Of a stretch of DNA of 64,000 bases, positions 35,671 through 50,074 are shown piece after piece (position 1 is the first letter of the stretch; the number at the start of each line of letters is the position of its first letter). The DNA comes from Lama glama (lineage: Eukaryota): positions 3,846,001-3,910,000 of the forward strand of contig CM052816.1 of NCBI GenBank assembly GCA_028534125.1, written 5' to 3'. The position numbers and the translations under genes are program-made. The notes beneath the pieces are model-generated. The model was not told where the DNA came from. It worked only from the letters and a program-made list of their open reading frames with translations, and did not search any database.

Positions 35671-37510
35671 CACAAACCAATAAATGTTGCAAATGACAGC
35701 CACTCATCCCTACACTTCCTTGTTTCTCAAGGACCAGCCAGTTGCTGACCCAACATCACCTCACCCTTAGCACTTGCCAGCAATGAGAAGGACAATTTTA
35801 TCACATTCTTCAAATGGTCCATGAGTCGCATCCAGATGCCATGCTGAGTGGCAGTGTTCCTTTTTCACAGAATCTACGATTCTGATTCCAAAAAAGAAAG
35901 TGATGGAGGTGCTGGTGTCAGGGACTAAAGAAAGATCCAGATGTTTTCTCACCAACAGAATGTCAGTTCCCGGATTTCTGTTTGTGGCTGTGTCCCAGGG
36001 AACAGAAGGTAGGACACTGAAAATTCTCTACGGATATGTAATCTGGGACCATAAAACTGCTGGTAGCAAACTCTCGTTCTTTTAGTTCAGATACATATAG
36101 CTCCCACTGTTTAAAGGGAAAGTAACTGAGATGGTTACTTCTAATTTAGTTGAATCCACAAGTCAAAGAGTGAACCCTCGTGATCAAATACTCAGATACA
36201 TATATAATTTCTCAGTCACCAGCTCGTGAATGACACGTATGTCTAAATTCCGTAGGTGGTTGGAAAGTATCCCCAAGTGTGCACAGAGATGTGCCTCTTC
36301 ACTGTAGCAAGCTAACAGAGTGGCTCATTTACTTCCATTCTGAAGCACCCAAGCGGCAATGCAGCTCTAGAACCACGATGGAAAGAGAATGCTGAAATCA
36401 ACATATATAGAAGGAGAGTTCACACTCGGTTTCATTCTGAATGGGAACAGAATGGGAAGATAAACGATAATGCCAAATGTACACGGGTCTAACAGTAGAC
36501 AACAGGACTCAAGGGAAAACTGAAATGTGAAACTTTCACTTGAAATGAACCTATAATGGCACAAATCATTTTCAACAGTTGAAGCTCTTTGGATGGAGAT
36601 GGTACCAGGTATTACTTTTTGCTTTCATTTTTTTAATATTCTGTGCCTAACCACTTTCTATTTTGGAGTATCCCCCATTTACAGGTAGAGACGAGGCCTA
36701 TGTTCCTTTATGGAAGTTGGTGGGGTAATAACGTCCTTTATCACCCCCAGGTAGGAAAGGCACACATGCATGAACTAGAAAACGGTGACTGAAAACCTCC
36801 TTCCCGCACTCTTTCCTCCTCGGAGGTCCCTCAAAGACAAGGGACTGGTTTGAATTCACTCTAGGTGATAGTGAGAGGGGCCAGTCCACCAGCAGCAGGG
36901 ATGCCATCCTGTAACTGAGACTGGGGTTCCCACCCTATCGAAGGTGGAGTTGCCAACAGGCCTCCGTCCAGTGGCCAAACCAAGCCCTGCCCCCCGATTC
37001 TGTGAGCTAGAATAGCCTTTTGATTATGGTCAAAGTTGATTTCTGGTTTTTGCGGCCACAAATATCCTAACTGATGTTGACTTATCCCATGAAGTGGGAA
37101 CTCATTTACACAGGACCTTTCATTTGAGAGCACAACCTCGCTGAGCACTGGGACAGGTGTCAGAAGACCTCCAGGGTCATATCAATAACTAATTATCACA
37201 ATGAAATGCAAGCCTTTTCATCTTTTTGAACCTTAGTTTCTCCATCTGAAAACCTGGATGTAAGGTTGAGCATGCATGATTTTTGAGATCCCTGAGTCTC
37301 TGCCTTTTATGTTGACAAGTCAACAGGCAGAAGTCACCCAACCTCTGTCTTGAATCTTTCCATCCATTCCACACTTCTCAGAGGGAAGAAGATTAGAAGC
37401 ACTTCTGATTATCCTGGACCAACTGAGACAAAAGGTGAGGGCAAGAAAGCATAGTATGAAATTGACAACTGAGCTCTGGAGCAATAGCAGTTCAATTTCT
37501 TAGTATATGT

Positions 37511-37913
37511 TGCTAGGACTGAGTGGTGCCCCTCCCAAATTCATATGCTGAAGCCCCAACGCCACCCCGCACCCCTTCTGATTGTGTTGGAGACAGGACA
37601 CTTAAGGAGATGTCTAAGGTTAAATGAGGTCAAGCGTGGAGCCCTCACCACATAGAACCAGTGCCCCTATTTAAAAAAAGAAACAGAAAAAAAGAAAAAG
37701 AAGAAATATCAGATCTGTCTACCCTTACCCCATCACATAGGGACACAGAGAGAAGACTGCCATTTCCATCCGGAGAGTCTTCACGAGAAACTGAACAATG
37801 CAAAACCTTGATCTTGGACTTCCAGACTCCAGAACCATGAGCAAATAAATTTCTGATGTTTAAGTCACCCAGTCAGTGGTATTTTGTTATGGCAGCCTGA
37901 ACAGACTAAGACA
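37511..37913 (+). mobile_element. MaLR solo LTR (MLT1A-like)
   Basis: CCCAAATTCATATGCTGAAGCCC..AAGGTTAAATGAGGTCA..CCTTGATCTTGGACTTCCAGACTCCAGAAC..AATAAATTTCTG..TTTGTTATGGCAGCC..GACTAAGACA. Confidence 0.88.
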
Positions 37914-39375
37914 ACACCCAAGACATTCTGTGAAAATTGCTTGCAGATCCTAAACACACTTCTAATAATTCATTTGCTTTCCCCGTTTCCCTGGGAGGTA
38001 CTCCTGTCATCATTATCTCCAAGTGTTTATATAGTGTTTTGCATTCTGAAGTGGCCACAATCATTTATTAATGACTCGAGAGGTATGTTACTGCCTTGCT
38101 GCTTGGGATATTATTTCCAAAAGTGAAATGGGGATGGAAATAAACTTGTGGCATTTGGACCAAGGGTAAAAACAGAAATTGAGGATCTTGCTTGGGAAAT
38201 AAGATGAAGGAATTCAACTAGAACATTTGCAGCATCGCTGCATTATCCATGTGCCATGTGTTGTGGAAACAGTTTCCTCAAATGGTTTTCTTCCCTAAAA
38301 TGAGTTAAAAAAAAAAAAAAGATTGTTCCCTCCTGCCCTTTTCTTTTACTTTCTGACACTACAAAATAATTTCCTGAGCAAACAACATCAAAGACCACGA
38401 TGTGAAATTGAAACTACCTTTGGCTTAGAGCCAAAATTGTGCATTCTTCAAACTGGCTAATAATAGAAGAAGAAAACCCCCAGGTGCCATTTTTCACTCA
38501 CTTAAATGACTAAGTATTTAAAAGGACATAGAGCCCTTGCTGGAAGGTTGCGGGGTCATGAGTGGGCTCTAAGACTGAAGACAGCACTAGAAATTTGCCT
38601 AACATTTTGGATCCGTCTAAGGCTGAGAAGTTCATGTAAATGACTGTCTTATGAGTCACAGGACAAAGGAGAACAGAGACATGAAAAGTTTGTCCCAAAT
38701 CACACAGCAAGTTAAACGACTCCTATATTCCCAGCACACAGCACAGGACCTATCATACTGGGGCACCCTTATTAGATATTTATTAATGAACAAACAAACA
38801 GGCTTAGGTGTTAAAGCACTTTATCCCCCTCCTAGACATTTCTCCAGGGTAGTTAAAGGGAGGAAAAGCTTACATACCCAGTGGTATTTATTGGAAAGTT
38901 CACTATAGCTGTGGAGAGACAATGGAATAATTATACTTTCTCTAAAATAGGAAAATGGTTTAATTAATTTTTTCTACCAACTTGATGAACCACCAGACAT
39001 ACATTCACTAAATATGTATTTGCCAATCTGTGATTCTGTATTTGAAAACAGAAAGCCTATTTTAGTTGAAAGTTTTCAGGAGACTTCTCTAATTAGGAGT
39101 AAATTAAAACCGTAGCTTTGCTTCACTGAATTGCTTTTGGAAATCCTGCTACAGGAAAGTTACAAGGCAGGGGAAATGTTTGGCTGGGTATTCTGGAGTC
39201 AAACACCGGGCAGGCCATTCAATACCTAAGAGCTGAGTTTCTGCTTCCATTTTAATTAAAATAAGATCTAACCTGGGCTACACGTTACTTTTCTTCTTTC
39301 ATGACTGGACCTGGACAATGCATCTCAAATGCAAATCATGTCCATTCATTTCATCTCAAGACCAATCAAGGATTC

Positions 39376-39650
39376 TTTTTTTTTTTTTTTTGCTGAAGTA
39401 GAGTTGATTTACAACATTGTGTTAGTTTCCAGTGTACAGCACAGTGATTTGGTTATACATATATATTCTCTTTCATTATAGGTTATTACAAGTTACTGAA
39501 AATAGTTCCCTGTGCTGTACAGTTAAGACCTTGTCCTTTATCTCTTCAGTATATAGTAATGTGTATCTGCTAATCTCAGACTTCCAATTTACCCCTCCAC
39601 CCCCTCTTCCCTCTGGTAACTGTAAGTTTGTTTTCTATGTCTGTGAGTCT
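39376..39650 (-). mobile_element. Cetartiodactyl/camelid-type L1 3' UTR fragment
   Basis: Poly-T, then GCTGAAGTAGAGTTGATTTACAACATTGTGTTAGTTTC..ATAGTTCCCTGTGCTGTACAG..GGTAACTGTAAGTTTGTTTTCTATGTCTGTGAGTC. Confidence 0.88.
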
Positions 39651-40490
39651 CTTTCTTTTTACTTTACAAAGCACTCAGTCTGATCAACAGCTGAGAACCT
39701 CAGGATCACATGAGATCTACAGAGTTAGTCACTTTCAGCCACTGATCCAGGGCTCCAATCTCATTGCACCACTTGTCATCAGGCAAAAGAAATAACCACA
39801 CAGAACTAACTTCTAGATAATCTGCTTTCTCCTTCCAGTTGTGTTTATTTACAGGTTAGGAGAAAAGCAAGGGCACCGTCTAATCTAGTACAGTATTATG
39901 CAAAAGAAGGCCAATACCCTGATAAAGCAAAATTTGAGTGGCAGAGAAATACCACATCAGTTATAGCCCTGAGGTTTTATTTTATTTGAAAATTTGCATT
40001 CCCCAAGGGTTTGCATCAAGGCTTATCTTCTAGAATATGAGATCAGAGTATAACGAAGGTTAGACCTTCACTTTATACCTAGATACCTTCAGTACTGAAA
40101 ATGTGCTCATGACGGAGAGTAATTACACTCTGCTCTTGTATACATTTAATTAGTTTAATTCTATGCTTCTCAGTGCCGCCTTCAAAGAATAAAATTAAGT
40201 ACCAGGAAATGCTCTAAAGGCATAGTAAAATCACACTAAACATGACTTATTTGGAATGAACCACCGAGAATTAGTGCAAAGCTTGGTATTTTTTTCTCCT
40301 AAAATATGGAAGTATCTTCATTGTTTTCCTGATTATAAAGGCAATTTTTGCTTATTTGCAAGTGCTGGGAAAACCACTCCATTATTCCACTCCTAAAATA
40401 TAATCAACGTTAAACAATCTGGTGCTCATGCATCCAAATATTTAATTGTTGTTTAGTAACAAATTATTTCACACGCTACATAGCTTACAA

Positions 40491-40716
40491 CAAGGGTCTA
40501 CAAACCACAGCCTGCAGGCCCACTGCCTGACTTTGTAAACAAGAGTTGTGTTGTTGGAACATCGCCACACTCATTGGTTGGCGTACTGTCTATGGCTGCT
40601 TCCATACAAACACAGCAGAGACCTGGAGCTGTGACAGAAACCATATGGTTTGCAAAGCCTAAAATATTTCCTGTCTGCTTTTTTTTTTTTTAACAGAAAA
40701 AGTATGCCAGCCCCTC
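40491..40716 (+). mobile_element. MER58A-like hAT-Charlie transposon, possibly within an older L1ME remnant (about 40310-40870)
   Basis: CAAGGGTCTACAAACCACAGCC..GGAACATCGCCACACTCATT..TGTCTATGGCTGCTT..GCAAAGCCTAAAATATTT..ACAGAAAAAGTATGCCAGCCCCT. Confidence 0.8.
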
Positions 40717-41629
40717 CCGTATAACCTTTACTTCCCGCCAATGCTCTATCAAGAATACCCTGTTTCGATAATTTTGTCTTATCAACCTCATTCTTTTTAA
40801 ATGATACACATTACTGAACTGTATAGAGTTTTTATAATTTAACTGATACCCTATTGATGGACATTATTTTTCTAGGTTGGGTTCATAAATTTCAAGAAAC
40901 AGGGAATCAATGAGACATCTCACTGTGGTGCGTGGTAGAAATCTGCAAGAAATTTGCCTTAATAAAAAAAAAGACTGTAATAAAATGTTTGTGGAACCAT
41001 TTGATAACGGGTTTTCCCTTGAGTGCTCGGGGTAGTTTAATACAGAGTATCACTTTAAGTATGTGAAATATTCTCTGGGCAATCCTAGCAATAGGGAAGG
41101 GATTGGCAGGGCGCCACATTACCACACTCTACTCTTACAGAGGAAATGGGTTGCGATGCAAAGTTTGAAATTCAGCTTTTTGAAAGCCCAGAAATTGTGC
41201 ATTAGCTAAATTCAGAGAAATTGGTTCTCTCTCTCCCGCAGCACCATTTTAAGGAAGGCAGCCCACGTGACCATCATCTCTGTTTCTAAGTCCCAAGTTT
41301 TTTGCTAAGGTACTGGCTTCTATTCCAAAGACTTCCTTTCCCCCATTTCCTAGGCTAACCTGTAAGAAATCCATTTTGAATGTCCTGGCCAGCAAAGACA
41401 ACGTCTGCTTTACATCCTGAGAAGGCTTAGAAGCAGGCAAATGCTAGTGATGTAACTGAGCAGCTGCTCTAAGAAAGTCAAGGTTTCAACTGTGAAAAAG
41501 GACCCTTCAAGTGCTGTGAGATGCTACATCCACCTCTCTGGGTTTAAAGGCTGAAATGTCTTCTTAGTCTAAAACATGTTATATTAGGTCTTCTTTGTGC
41601 TGTGTTTATCTATTTAACAGCTAAGTCAA

Positions 41630-42235
41630 GGTGTCCCAGATGTGTCAGCCTACCTCCTTCTCATCTCTTGAGTCTTAGTTTAAACATCACCCCTTCCAAG
41701 AAGCCTTCCTTGATTGTCCAATTCAAACAGACGCCTCCCCTGACCCTTTACTCCCTACCTCAGCACCTGCTGATTTTAGCATTTATCACAATGTGCAATT
41801 ATTTATTTCGTCATTCACTTTTTTTTCTTTTTAATCTAGGCCATTAGGCTAGGAACTCCATGAAGGCAAGAACCAGGCCTGTCTGGTTCGCTCTAGCATC
41901 CTCCATGATTTGCACCACCTGACACACAACAGGTGATTACTAAACATGCTACAGTAAGAAATACTAGAATGTGGAATTTCTCTGCATGGCCACTAAGCTT
42001 ATCAGCCCTGGAGACCCTCTGCCCAAGTGTGAATACTGGTACCCCTCCCTGTTTATCACACGAGACTTTGGTCAAAGTAACTTCCTATCCCTGTGCCTCC
42101 TTCTCCTCATTAGTAAAAGGGAAAATAATAACAGAACTTAATCCATGGGATTCTTTGAGGTTTGAATTAGTTAAGTCATGAGGCACAAAGAATAGCCTCA
42201 AAAATATCTGTCGTGGTTGCTGTTTCTATTACCAT
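41630..42235 (+). mobile_element. L2 3' fragment (about 41630-41960) followed by a MIR (about 42010-42235)
   Basis: TTTAAACATCACCCCTTCCAAGAAGCCTTCCTTGA..CTCCATGAAGGCAAGAACCA, then TTTGGTCAAAGTAAC..CCCTGTGCCTCC..GTAAAAGGGAAAATAATAA. Confidence 0.65.
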
Positions 42236-44029
42236 GTTATTTCCTAATTTATAAACATGGGTAGAAAAAAACTATTATATTATTCATATTCATGTAGAAC
42301 TACAGTTTTTAGAAGTTCTTTTATATATGAAGACTAATTTTATCCTTAAGAAATTCTTGTAAATGTGGTCAACAGAGGAACCCCTAATCATTTCCAGGGA
42401 AAATAATGAGGAAGCTGAAGACCTCCACGCTGTGTCTCACCCAGGTGGGATGTGGCCAGATTGGGTGCTACCCTGACCTCCATCCAGTCCAACATGTCAA
42501 CGTGCCACTGCCCTAAGTCACTTTAAAAGGGTGAACCTAAAACACAGAACATTCTCTCAACATCCACCCTTGAATGCACGACTAAACAAAATATGAGCCC
42601 AATTCCAGACTGCCTGATTGAATTCTCTTCTTTAAGGAAACGTAAAAATTGATCAGTTCTTAAAAATTCAAAATAAAGGGAAGCAAGGTTTTCTTTCTGG
42701 CTGTCAGGGTGGAAATGACAAAACCAGCCCTAACTCACAGGTGTATTTCATCAAGTTTTCCTCCAGTTAAGTAAGAAGAGCAAAAGAATAAACTTAAAAA
42801 AAAAAAAGACTTTACAGCAGGTCTGAGTGTGGATGAGAAGTTGTTTGCAAAGTTTCTGGCACAGGCAACAATAATTTCTTCAGTGTTCTCTTTGGGAGGC
42901 ATCCAAACTGCTCTGAGACTGAAGAAAAATAGTGCTACATGCCTGCTCTGTACCAGGAACCCTGCTAGGGATTTCTGGGCAATCTCTCTCATCTTGCCAG
43001 AGTCCTGGTGGCACATACTGTTACCCCTGCTTTATGGATTGAGAAACAAAGATTCAGAGAGGTTGACTGACTCACCACAGGTCTCCACGCACACAACAGG
43101 TTGTGCTGGGATCTGAGCCCGGTCATGTCTGGCTCCCAAGCACCTTGGTCCTTCCAACGAACACAACTGCCCCTGCTCAGTCTTTCTGCACACTCTGGGG
43201 ACAGTAACTTGAACCAGGATTTGACAAACTTCTGCCTGTTGCTCCATCCTACCCCGACTTCCCCTCATCCTAGAGAGGCTGCCCGTCTGCTTTCGCAGAT
43301 TACAAGGCGGCGGGGGAAGGATGTGACTCATGAGCTAATTTCTGCAGAGCAGATGGGACCTCTTGGATAAAAAGGTTCTGTGCAGGGGCCAAGAAATAAA
43401 TGGTGCGACCTAAGGATCAGATGGTGCATAAGCAGCAAATTCCATGGAAAATAATCCATCTAGAAAATCACCGACAGGAGTTTATCGAGCCTTTAGTGTA
43501 TAGCGGCTCAACATCCCTCTCGGTGTTATAAAAGAAACACAGGCAAGCAAGAAAAAGCCATTAGGAAAATAAATACATAAATAAATAACCAAATATAAAA
43601 TGCCATTTTAAAATAATGCAAAAACTGTAAAATCATTTGCTGATACGATGTATTTAAACTCTAATTGTGACAGAGGTCCAATAATAAACTGGCAGAGCAA
43701 AGTCCAGATTATTAACGATCTTAAAATCCCTTGCAGGTTTTCACTCCAGGAAGTTACACTGGATCTTGCCCTGGGAGAACAGGAGGTTTGGGTAAAGAGA
43801 GAGGAAGAGGGTACTGGGATTCCAGAAAGGAGGAGGTGGAAAAACAGGAGGACAGAGACTGGGAAAGGGGTCAGCAGTTCACGCAAGGAGACACTAAGAA
43901 GCAAGATGGCAGGGGCAGACAGAGGGACAGGTGAGGCTGACCCGTGCGTGAGCTTGACTGTCTGTCAGTACATTCAGGATTTCTCTCTTTGTGTTCAAGA
44001 GCCGGGGTAAGGGATGATAGAGGACCAAC

Positions 44030-44670
44030 TGTCACCACTTACTGAGCACAAACTCCGCGCTGGGCACCATGCTGCGGGCTTGATGGTTTTACTCCCTGCA
44101 CCAGCCCTGCATGGTATCCCCGACTCTTGTGATCTTTAAGTGCAAGCGACTGAAACTCAGAGAGGTTTGGAAGCCAGACCAAAGGTATCCCACTAATAAG
44201 AAGCAGAGTAAGGATTCAAGCTAAGGTCCACCAACGCCAAAGCCTGTATTCTTCCCAAACCTTCACAACTGCACAGTATTGAAACTGATCCGCTGTTTGC
44301 GTGTGGAGTCTAGTACAGATGAAAGGAAGCTGGAGGAAGGGACAATAACAGAATTTAAAATGGGATGACTGCCTCTTGTTCCAGTTAAGGGGAAAAAACA
44401 GTCAAAGAAAAACAAAAGAAGCTACCTGGGGCCTGGACTGGCCTGGAGCAGATAATAGGTAACATGTATTGACTACTCAGTACGTGCATAAATAGAACTA
44501 TTGTTTTGTTTAATCTTCACAAGAACTCTTGGAGGTAGAAACTGTAATAATAATATTAATATTATTCTATTACAGATGAGGAAACTAAAGCTTAGACAAG
44601 TTAAGTAGTTTGTCAAAGGCCACAAAACTATTAAGAGGCTGGACATAAAGTCAGCACAACTCATCTGTCT
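44030..44670 (-). mobile_element. Two MIR SINE remnants (about 44030-44260 and 44450-44670)
   Basis: CACTTACTGAGCAC..GAAACTCAGAGAGGT..GGATTCAAG and TTACAGATGAGGAAACTAAAGCTTAGA..CAAAGGCCACA. Confidence 0.65.
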
Positions 44671-44689
44671 CCAGAATCAGGGGGTGGGG

Positions 44690-45190
44690 GGTAAGGCAAG
44701 GAGAACACTGCATACGAGGACTCCGCAGGGCGTGGTGATCGCTGGGAGTGAACAAATAAAAGCAATGGGTGACTCACACTTTATGTTATGGTCCGAAGCC
44801 TGGGCGACCAGAAGAAGTGCGTCATCTTTAATAAACATGAGGAGGACGCACTCAATTGGACAAAACAGACAAATATTCAGAGTGGCTTCAAAAGAGAATA
44901 ATTTGACCGCCGGAGGGTGTAACATGACAGCAACATCAAGGAGAAGGAAAAATGAACAGGAGTCACTGGATTTGGGTCTCAGGTCACTGGTTATTCTCAA
45001 GAGGCTAATTTCCAAAGACAGAGGAGGGAAGAATGGGGCTTGTAAAGGGTTAGGGGGTGGATGACTAGGGGACGACAAAGTGGAGACAGAGGAAGTGGGT
45101 TTTCTCTTTGCAATATCGCCAGAGTAAAGGGAGAAAGTAAGCGTGACTTTTTAGGACTCAGAGTCAGAGTCAAAGAAAGTTCATTTATTT
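44690..45190 (-). mobile_element. L2 LINE internal fragment
   Basis: Purine-rich L2-type sequence: AGCCTGGGCGACCAGAAG..CACTGGATTTGG..AGGTCACTGG..AAGTGGAGACAG..GTAAAGGGAG. Confidence 0.55.
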
Positions 45191-46629
45191 TCAAAGGACA
45201 AAGGAATATTAAGTACATTTTTAGGTATTTTTATTATGGCACTGTTGAAAGTTAGTCTTCCTACGGCCAAGAGAACACAAACTCTTCATGGGGGAGAAAC
45301 CATGTGACGGCAGAGACTAGAGATGTGAGCAACAGAGAGGCCGTTGTCTGTGGGTGTGGGCACTGAGACAGAGGAGCACAGAAACTCGCTAAAGTCACCT
45401 TCCACGAGTAGTGGACCTGACCCTGTGCTCTCAGGGTTCACCGTGCTTCTCTAGACCGAGGGGTCTTAGCCTTGGAAAGGAAGGATGCTGCATCCTTGGC
45501 AATGGAAGAGGAGACAATGACTAATGAGAGAGAGATTCTTTGAGGATGCAAGGGGAAGGTGGTGACAGGAGGAAGGGGGACAAAGAGGAAGCTGGCACAG
45601 GACTAGGGGTGCCGGGCAAATGAAAACCAATGTGGATTCCTGTTCAGAAAACTGATGAGGTAAAACCAAGCTTCCAGGGCTGCTGTGATTGTAAGCCCTG
45701 TCCGTACAGGTCCACAGAGCGTAGGGGTGGCGGCACCACTGTGTTTTTACTGGCTGCCTCCTACCCTTTGTACAACGCTTAAATCACCGAGAAACCTTCA
45801 CCCTTAAAGATGAAAGGATAAAAAGGTTAAGGGGACAGTGATGAACTTTTTATTAGGCCATGGTGTGATTTTATTATCTCAAATTACATATCCCGTGGTG
45901 ACATAAAGCACGTATCACCTCACATGGCTCCTCTTTCCCTACGTCACCATCCCCGAGGTGGACACTTAACACCCCCCAGACCAAGTACTAAACACCATCA
46001 CCCTCTGCTTCAGGGGAAAGATCTTTCTTCTCCATGTGTATTATATATGATGCCGTAAGGCGGTAAGTTTGTGAAAATGAGCTTTGGGAGGAACATGTCT
46101 TAAAACCATCCCCCTAAACTCTCCACAAGGGCATACAACGAACTTCATCCAGTACTGATTAAATAAGTGGAATGAAACATCAGTGATACAACAAAACCCT
46201 TATGACTGAGAAAGAAACGGGCTTCCCCTCCTCCCCCCTTGACCTTCCACCCTGTGGGAACGCTGTTGGGGTTTCCCTGGAAAGTCTCCTTTTCCCTTCA
46301 ATGAAACAAGCTGCTTTCAAGGCTCCCGGAATGAGGCCATCACTGGCCTTAACAGAGAAAATTCAATTCAGAAGAGATTAGAGTTCCTCTTAGGTACTTC
46401 CTTCCTTTTGCTATTATATTAATTCCTCATTTGTTAAGCTCAGGGGTGTCCAACATTTGATGAGGTGCTGAGGATATTCATCAAGCTGAAGAGAACACCA
46501 TCCTGACCTCAGTGAGGTTCACAGACCAACAACAGAGACGGCTTTGAACCAACAGTGACAGGAAGGAGAGCTTTCCTGGAGCCAGCGGATACGGAGCTGT
46601 GGGCGCCCAGGCAGCAGCCTGGCACGGGG

Positions 46630-46845
46630 GTCAGGAGAAGGACCTTGAATCAAAACAGTCCCAGGCTTAAAGCCTGGCTTAGGAGCTTTAAAAACCCGGG
46701 CAGGTAACTTAACCTCCTAAAGCCCTGCCTTCATCGTTTGTTAAAAAAGGGATAACATCCACCCCATTGGGCTGCTGAGAGCATCAAGCAACGTAGCTGA
46801 TATGAAGTGCCCAGCACACGGAAAGCATTACATCAACGTTTGTGA
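46630..46845 (+). mobile_element. MIR SINE, flanked by L2-like sequence
   Basis: GGGCAGGTAACTTAACCTC..TAAAAAAGGGATAACA..GGGCTGCTGAGAGCATCAA..AAGTGCCCAGCACA. Confidence 0.6.
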
Positions 46846-48075
46846 AAAAGGTCCCTGCCTGGGGAGGTCAGGGGAGTCTGTGTGAAGGTGACACTGGACT
46901 GGAGTCTTGAAGGATAAACGCAGAAATCACTGGATGAGCGGGACTGGGGAAGAGGCAGCAGGCAAGTTCACTCCAGAACAGGCAACCGTGGGGCACAGAG
47001 GACCTGCCAGGAGGTGAGCCAAAGTGGGTCGGAAGGAGCGCAGGGATGAGGGTGGGAGGGGCGGAGAGCCGCGTGCCCCCGATGCTGGATGTTTCCCTGC
47101 GGTTAATGAGAAGCCGTCGAAGGGTGTCCATGCTCACGGCCCAGGAATTGTAACAGGACGCCTCAAGGAAGGACGCCGCCACCGACAGCCCTCTTCCCTG
47201 CTGTCTCCAAGGTCCCTTGCTCTCAGGTTATTTCTCGCCTTACACAGAATTCCTAACAAGCCGACCATGGACTGAACACATTGCAGTCATTCAATCTTTA
47301 ATGCCATGGACCAGCTGCTGTTCAAATTATTTCTCTCTCTCAAAGAGGGATTTATGCCCAGAGGTTCTTCTTCTTCCTTTTTTTCTTTAGGAAAAATGGG
47401 GCTGAATACAGCAGGTGATATCAAAACACAGGAGTGGGTAAAGAATCAAACGGGAGTTGACAGACTTTATTTAGTAAGTAATAAGTTTTGGTCCTTGGTT
47501 TGTAAAATTAATCAATCCAAACGTATATGGGATCACCCACTGGGCATCAGACACATGGCAAGACTCAATGGGGGACAAAGGAGCCAGAAATCATGGTCCA
47601 GGGGTATCCAGGCTTCTAGATGGGGAAGCAACACAAAAAGTGGGGAACATTAAATACACAGGATTCTAAACTAGCTGGACAAGAAAATGGAAATTGTTAC
47701 TCAGGCACAGATTTGAAGAACTCACTGTTAAGAGGAAGGAGATTTCCCAGGGGAAGGAAATACCTAGAAACCCTTGTGAAGAAGTTGATTTTAAGTGAGC
47801 TTTGGAGAAGGGAAAAATTAAATGACAAAGGGAGGAAGGACATTTTCAGTCTGTCATTTCTAGACGTGGCTATTTCACTGTTTACTAAAGTTGCCAAAGA
47901 AATGATATCAGGCAGGTGAGAGCTGACACAGATCTGTAAACTTTGTATTTCTCCAAAGTAAGACTATTTCATTAAATATAGAAAAACCTGTTCCTTACCA
48001 GCACTTCTGTTTCAAAAACCCAATAACATTCTGATATACACAATGAGAGGAAAATGAGGCCAGAATAAAGGTCAC

Positions 48076-48715
48076 GTAGTAATTTTCTACGCTGTGTAAT
48101 GGATTATTACCTAGAGTTTGTGGCTTAAATCGACACTCATTTATTAACTCATGGTTTCTGGAGATGAGACGTCCAGGCACAGAATTGGATCTGCTTTGCA
48201 GGATCTGACAAGGCTTATATCCAAGTTTTAACTGGGCTGTGTCCCCTTCTGGAACTTGGATCACTTTCAAGCTCAGGGAGTTGTCGGGAGAATTCAGCAT
48301 TTTGCAGCTGCAGGACTGAGGCTCCCCTTCTCTTGCTGGCTGACTGTGAGGGGGCCACTCTCAGGTCCCAGTGGTTATTCAGTTCTTTGCTATGTGGTCC
48401 CCTCCACATCCCCTTCTGCACTTCCAACCTCTGAGCTCCCTAGTCTTTGACCTCTATACTTGAATGTCAAGGGCTCATGTGATGAGGTCAGGCCCATCCA
48501 GACAGTCTCCCTTTTGATTAACTCAGAGTCAACTGATTGGCAACCTCAATTACATCTGCAAAGTCCCCGAGGTCGTGTCCGGTAACATACTCACAGCGGT
48601 GATCTCTCATTATATTTACAGGTTCCTCCCTCACTGAAATGGAGGAAATTATATAAGACATGTGTATTAGAGGGTGAAGATCTTGGGGGAAATCTTAGAT
48701 TTCTGTCTATCTCTG
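48076..48715 (-). mobile_element. MaLR solo LTR (MLT1E-like)
   Basis: GTGGCTTAAA..CATTTATTAACTCA..GAGAATTCAG..GCAGCTGCAGGACTGAGG..AAGGGCTCATGTGATGAGGTCAGGCCCA..TTGATTAACTCAGAGTCAACTGATT..AATTACATCTGCAAA..ATCTTGGGGG..ATCTTAGA. Confidence 0.85.
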
Positions 48716-50074
48716 TGTCTTTCCTCCCAAGAAAGGAAGTGACGATTTTACAACAAGATATTCTAAAGGATAGCTTTTAAAATTCCTCAACAGAGAAAGG
48801 TTTTATATTGTTGTACAAACCTATTTTTGCATAAGTAAAAGAAAAAAACATACAATCTACCACTGCCTAAGCGGGGTGCAGATGGAAAATGGAAAAGCCC
48901 TTTGAGGTGAACGCTGGGATGATCATGCTCTTCCGTATGATTTGGGGAGAGGGAAGGAGGGGGATCTGAGACGAAAGAGGTGGAATGCAGGAGGGAGAAA
49001 ATGAGAAAAGAGATCCTGGATGCACCAGAGGAGAAAGGCGGCGGCAGGGCAGTCCCCAGTGTGATGTGACTTAGGAAGGAAGGAAGACACAGCTAAGGAA
49101 AATGTCAAAGTCTTTGCTACAGGAGACCCTTCTCGCTCTGGCTCCCCTATGAAACCTTTTGTACAATCGATACTCCTCTCTAAGGCTCTCTGTGTGGCTG
49201 GAATTTCCCTGACAAATGCAAAGAAGTGCTAAATTCCCATCGAGGACAGTGTGGGTCAAACACAGCAAGATGTGTGTGAAGACAGCAGCACTGCACACAC
49301 TGACACATGGGGAAGGCGGAAGGGAATGGAAACAACATTCTTCATACTGTTTGTGCTCAATTTTGAATATTCAGGCAAAGCGAGAGATGGCAGGAAATCT
49401 TAAGCCCTTCTCCAAGTGCTCTCCCATCTTCGCCCCCAAGGAGTTGGAAGAACAAACCCTCCACCAAGCAGAAGATTAAGTGCAAGGACTACAGACAAAC
49501 ATGAAACGCTAGCTGAACTCCTATGGAGCAGCAATGTTTTCATCCGACAGCAACACACTTGGGGACCACAGTTCTAGATGTGGGCACAAAGGCAGGGGAG
49601 CAAGAAAGTCCAAGTCTTTTGTAACTCACAAAAGGCTTTGCAAACATCCTTTAGTCCATCATTATGTATTCCTTATCACTAGATCCCAAGGGAGGTCATT
49701 ACAACCACCCCAGTGAGTCAGAAAACACGGGGAATTGTGGAGGTTAAATGACCTGCCTGGGGCTGCTGTACAATACGGAGTCAAGCTGAGATTAGAACTC
49801 CCCAGTGCCTCTGCCCCAGGCCTTTGCAAAACATTAAGAGTTCAAGTCCTCAAAAACCAGCAGTTCTTTCTCTGGGGCATGGCAACAGGATTATGGAAAA
49901 TTGTACCAGGGATGGAGGAATTGTGATTCAGAGGGATGCATGAGTGGCTACCTGACCCCGGGCTTGAAATCTCTTGTCTTAGTTTCTTAATCTGATAGCT
50001 GAATGTAGTGCACTGGCTTCGCTTCCCTGGGGACGATGGAGGGAAGGATGAATGGGGAAAGTGCAGAGTGAGGG

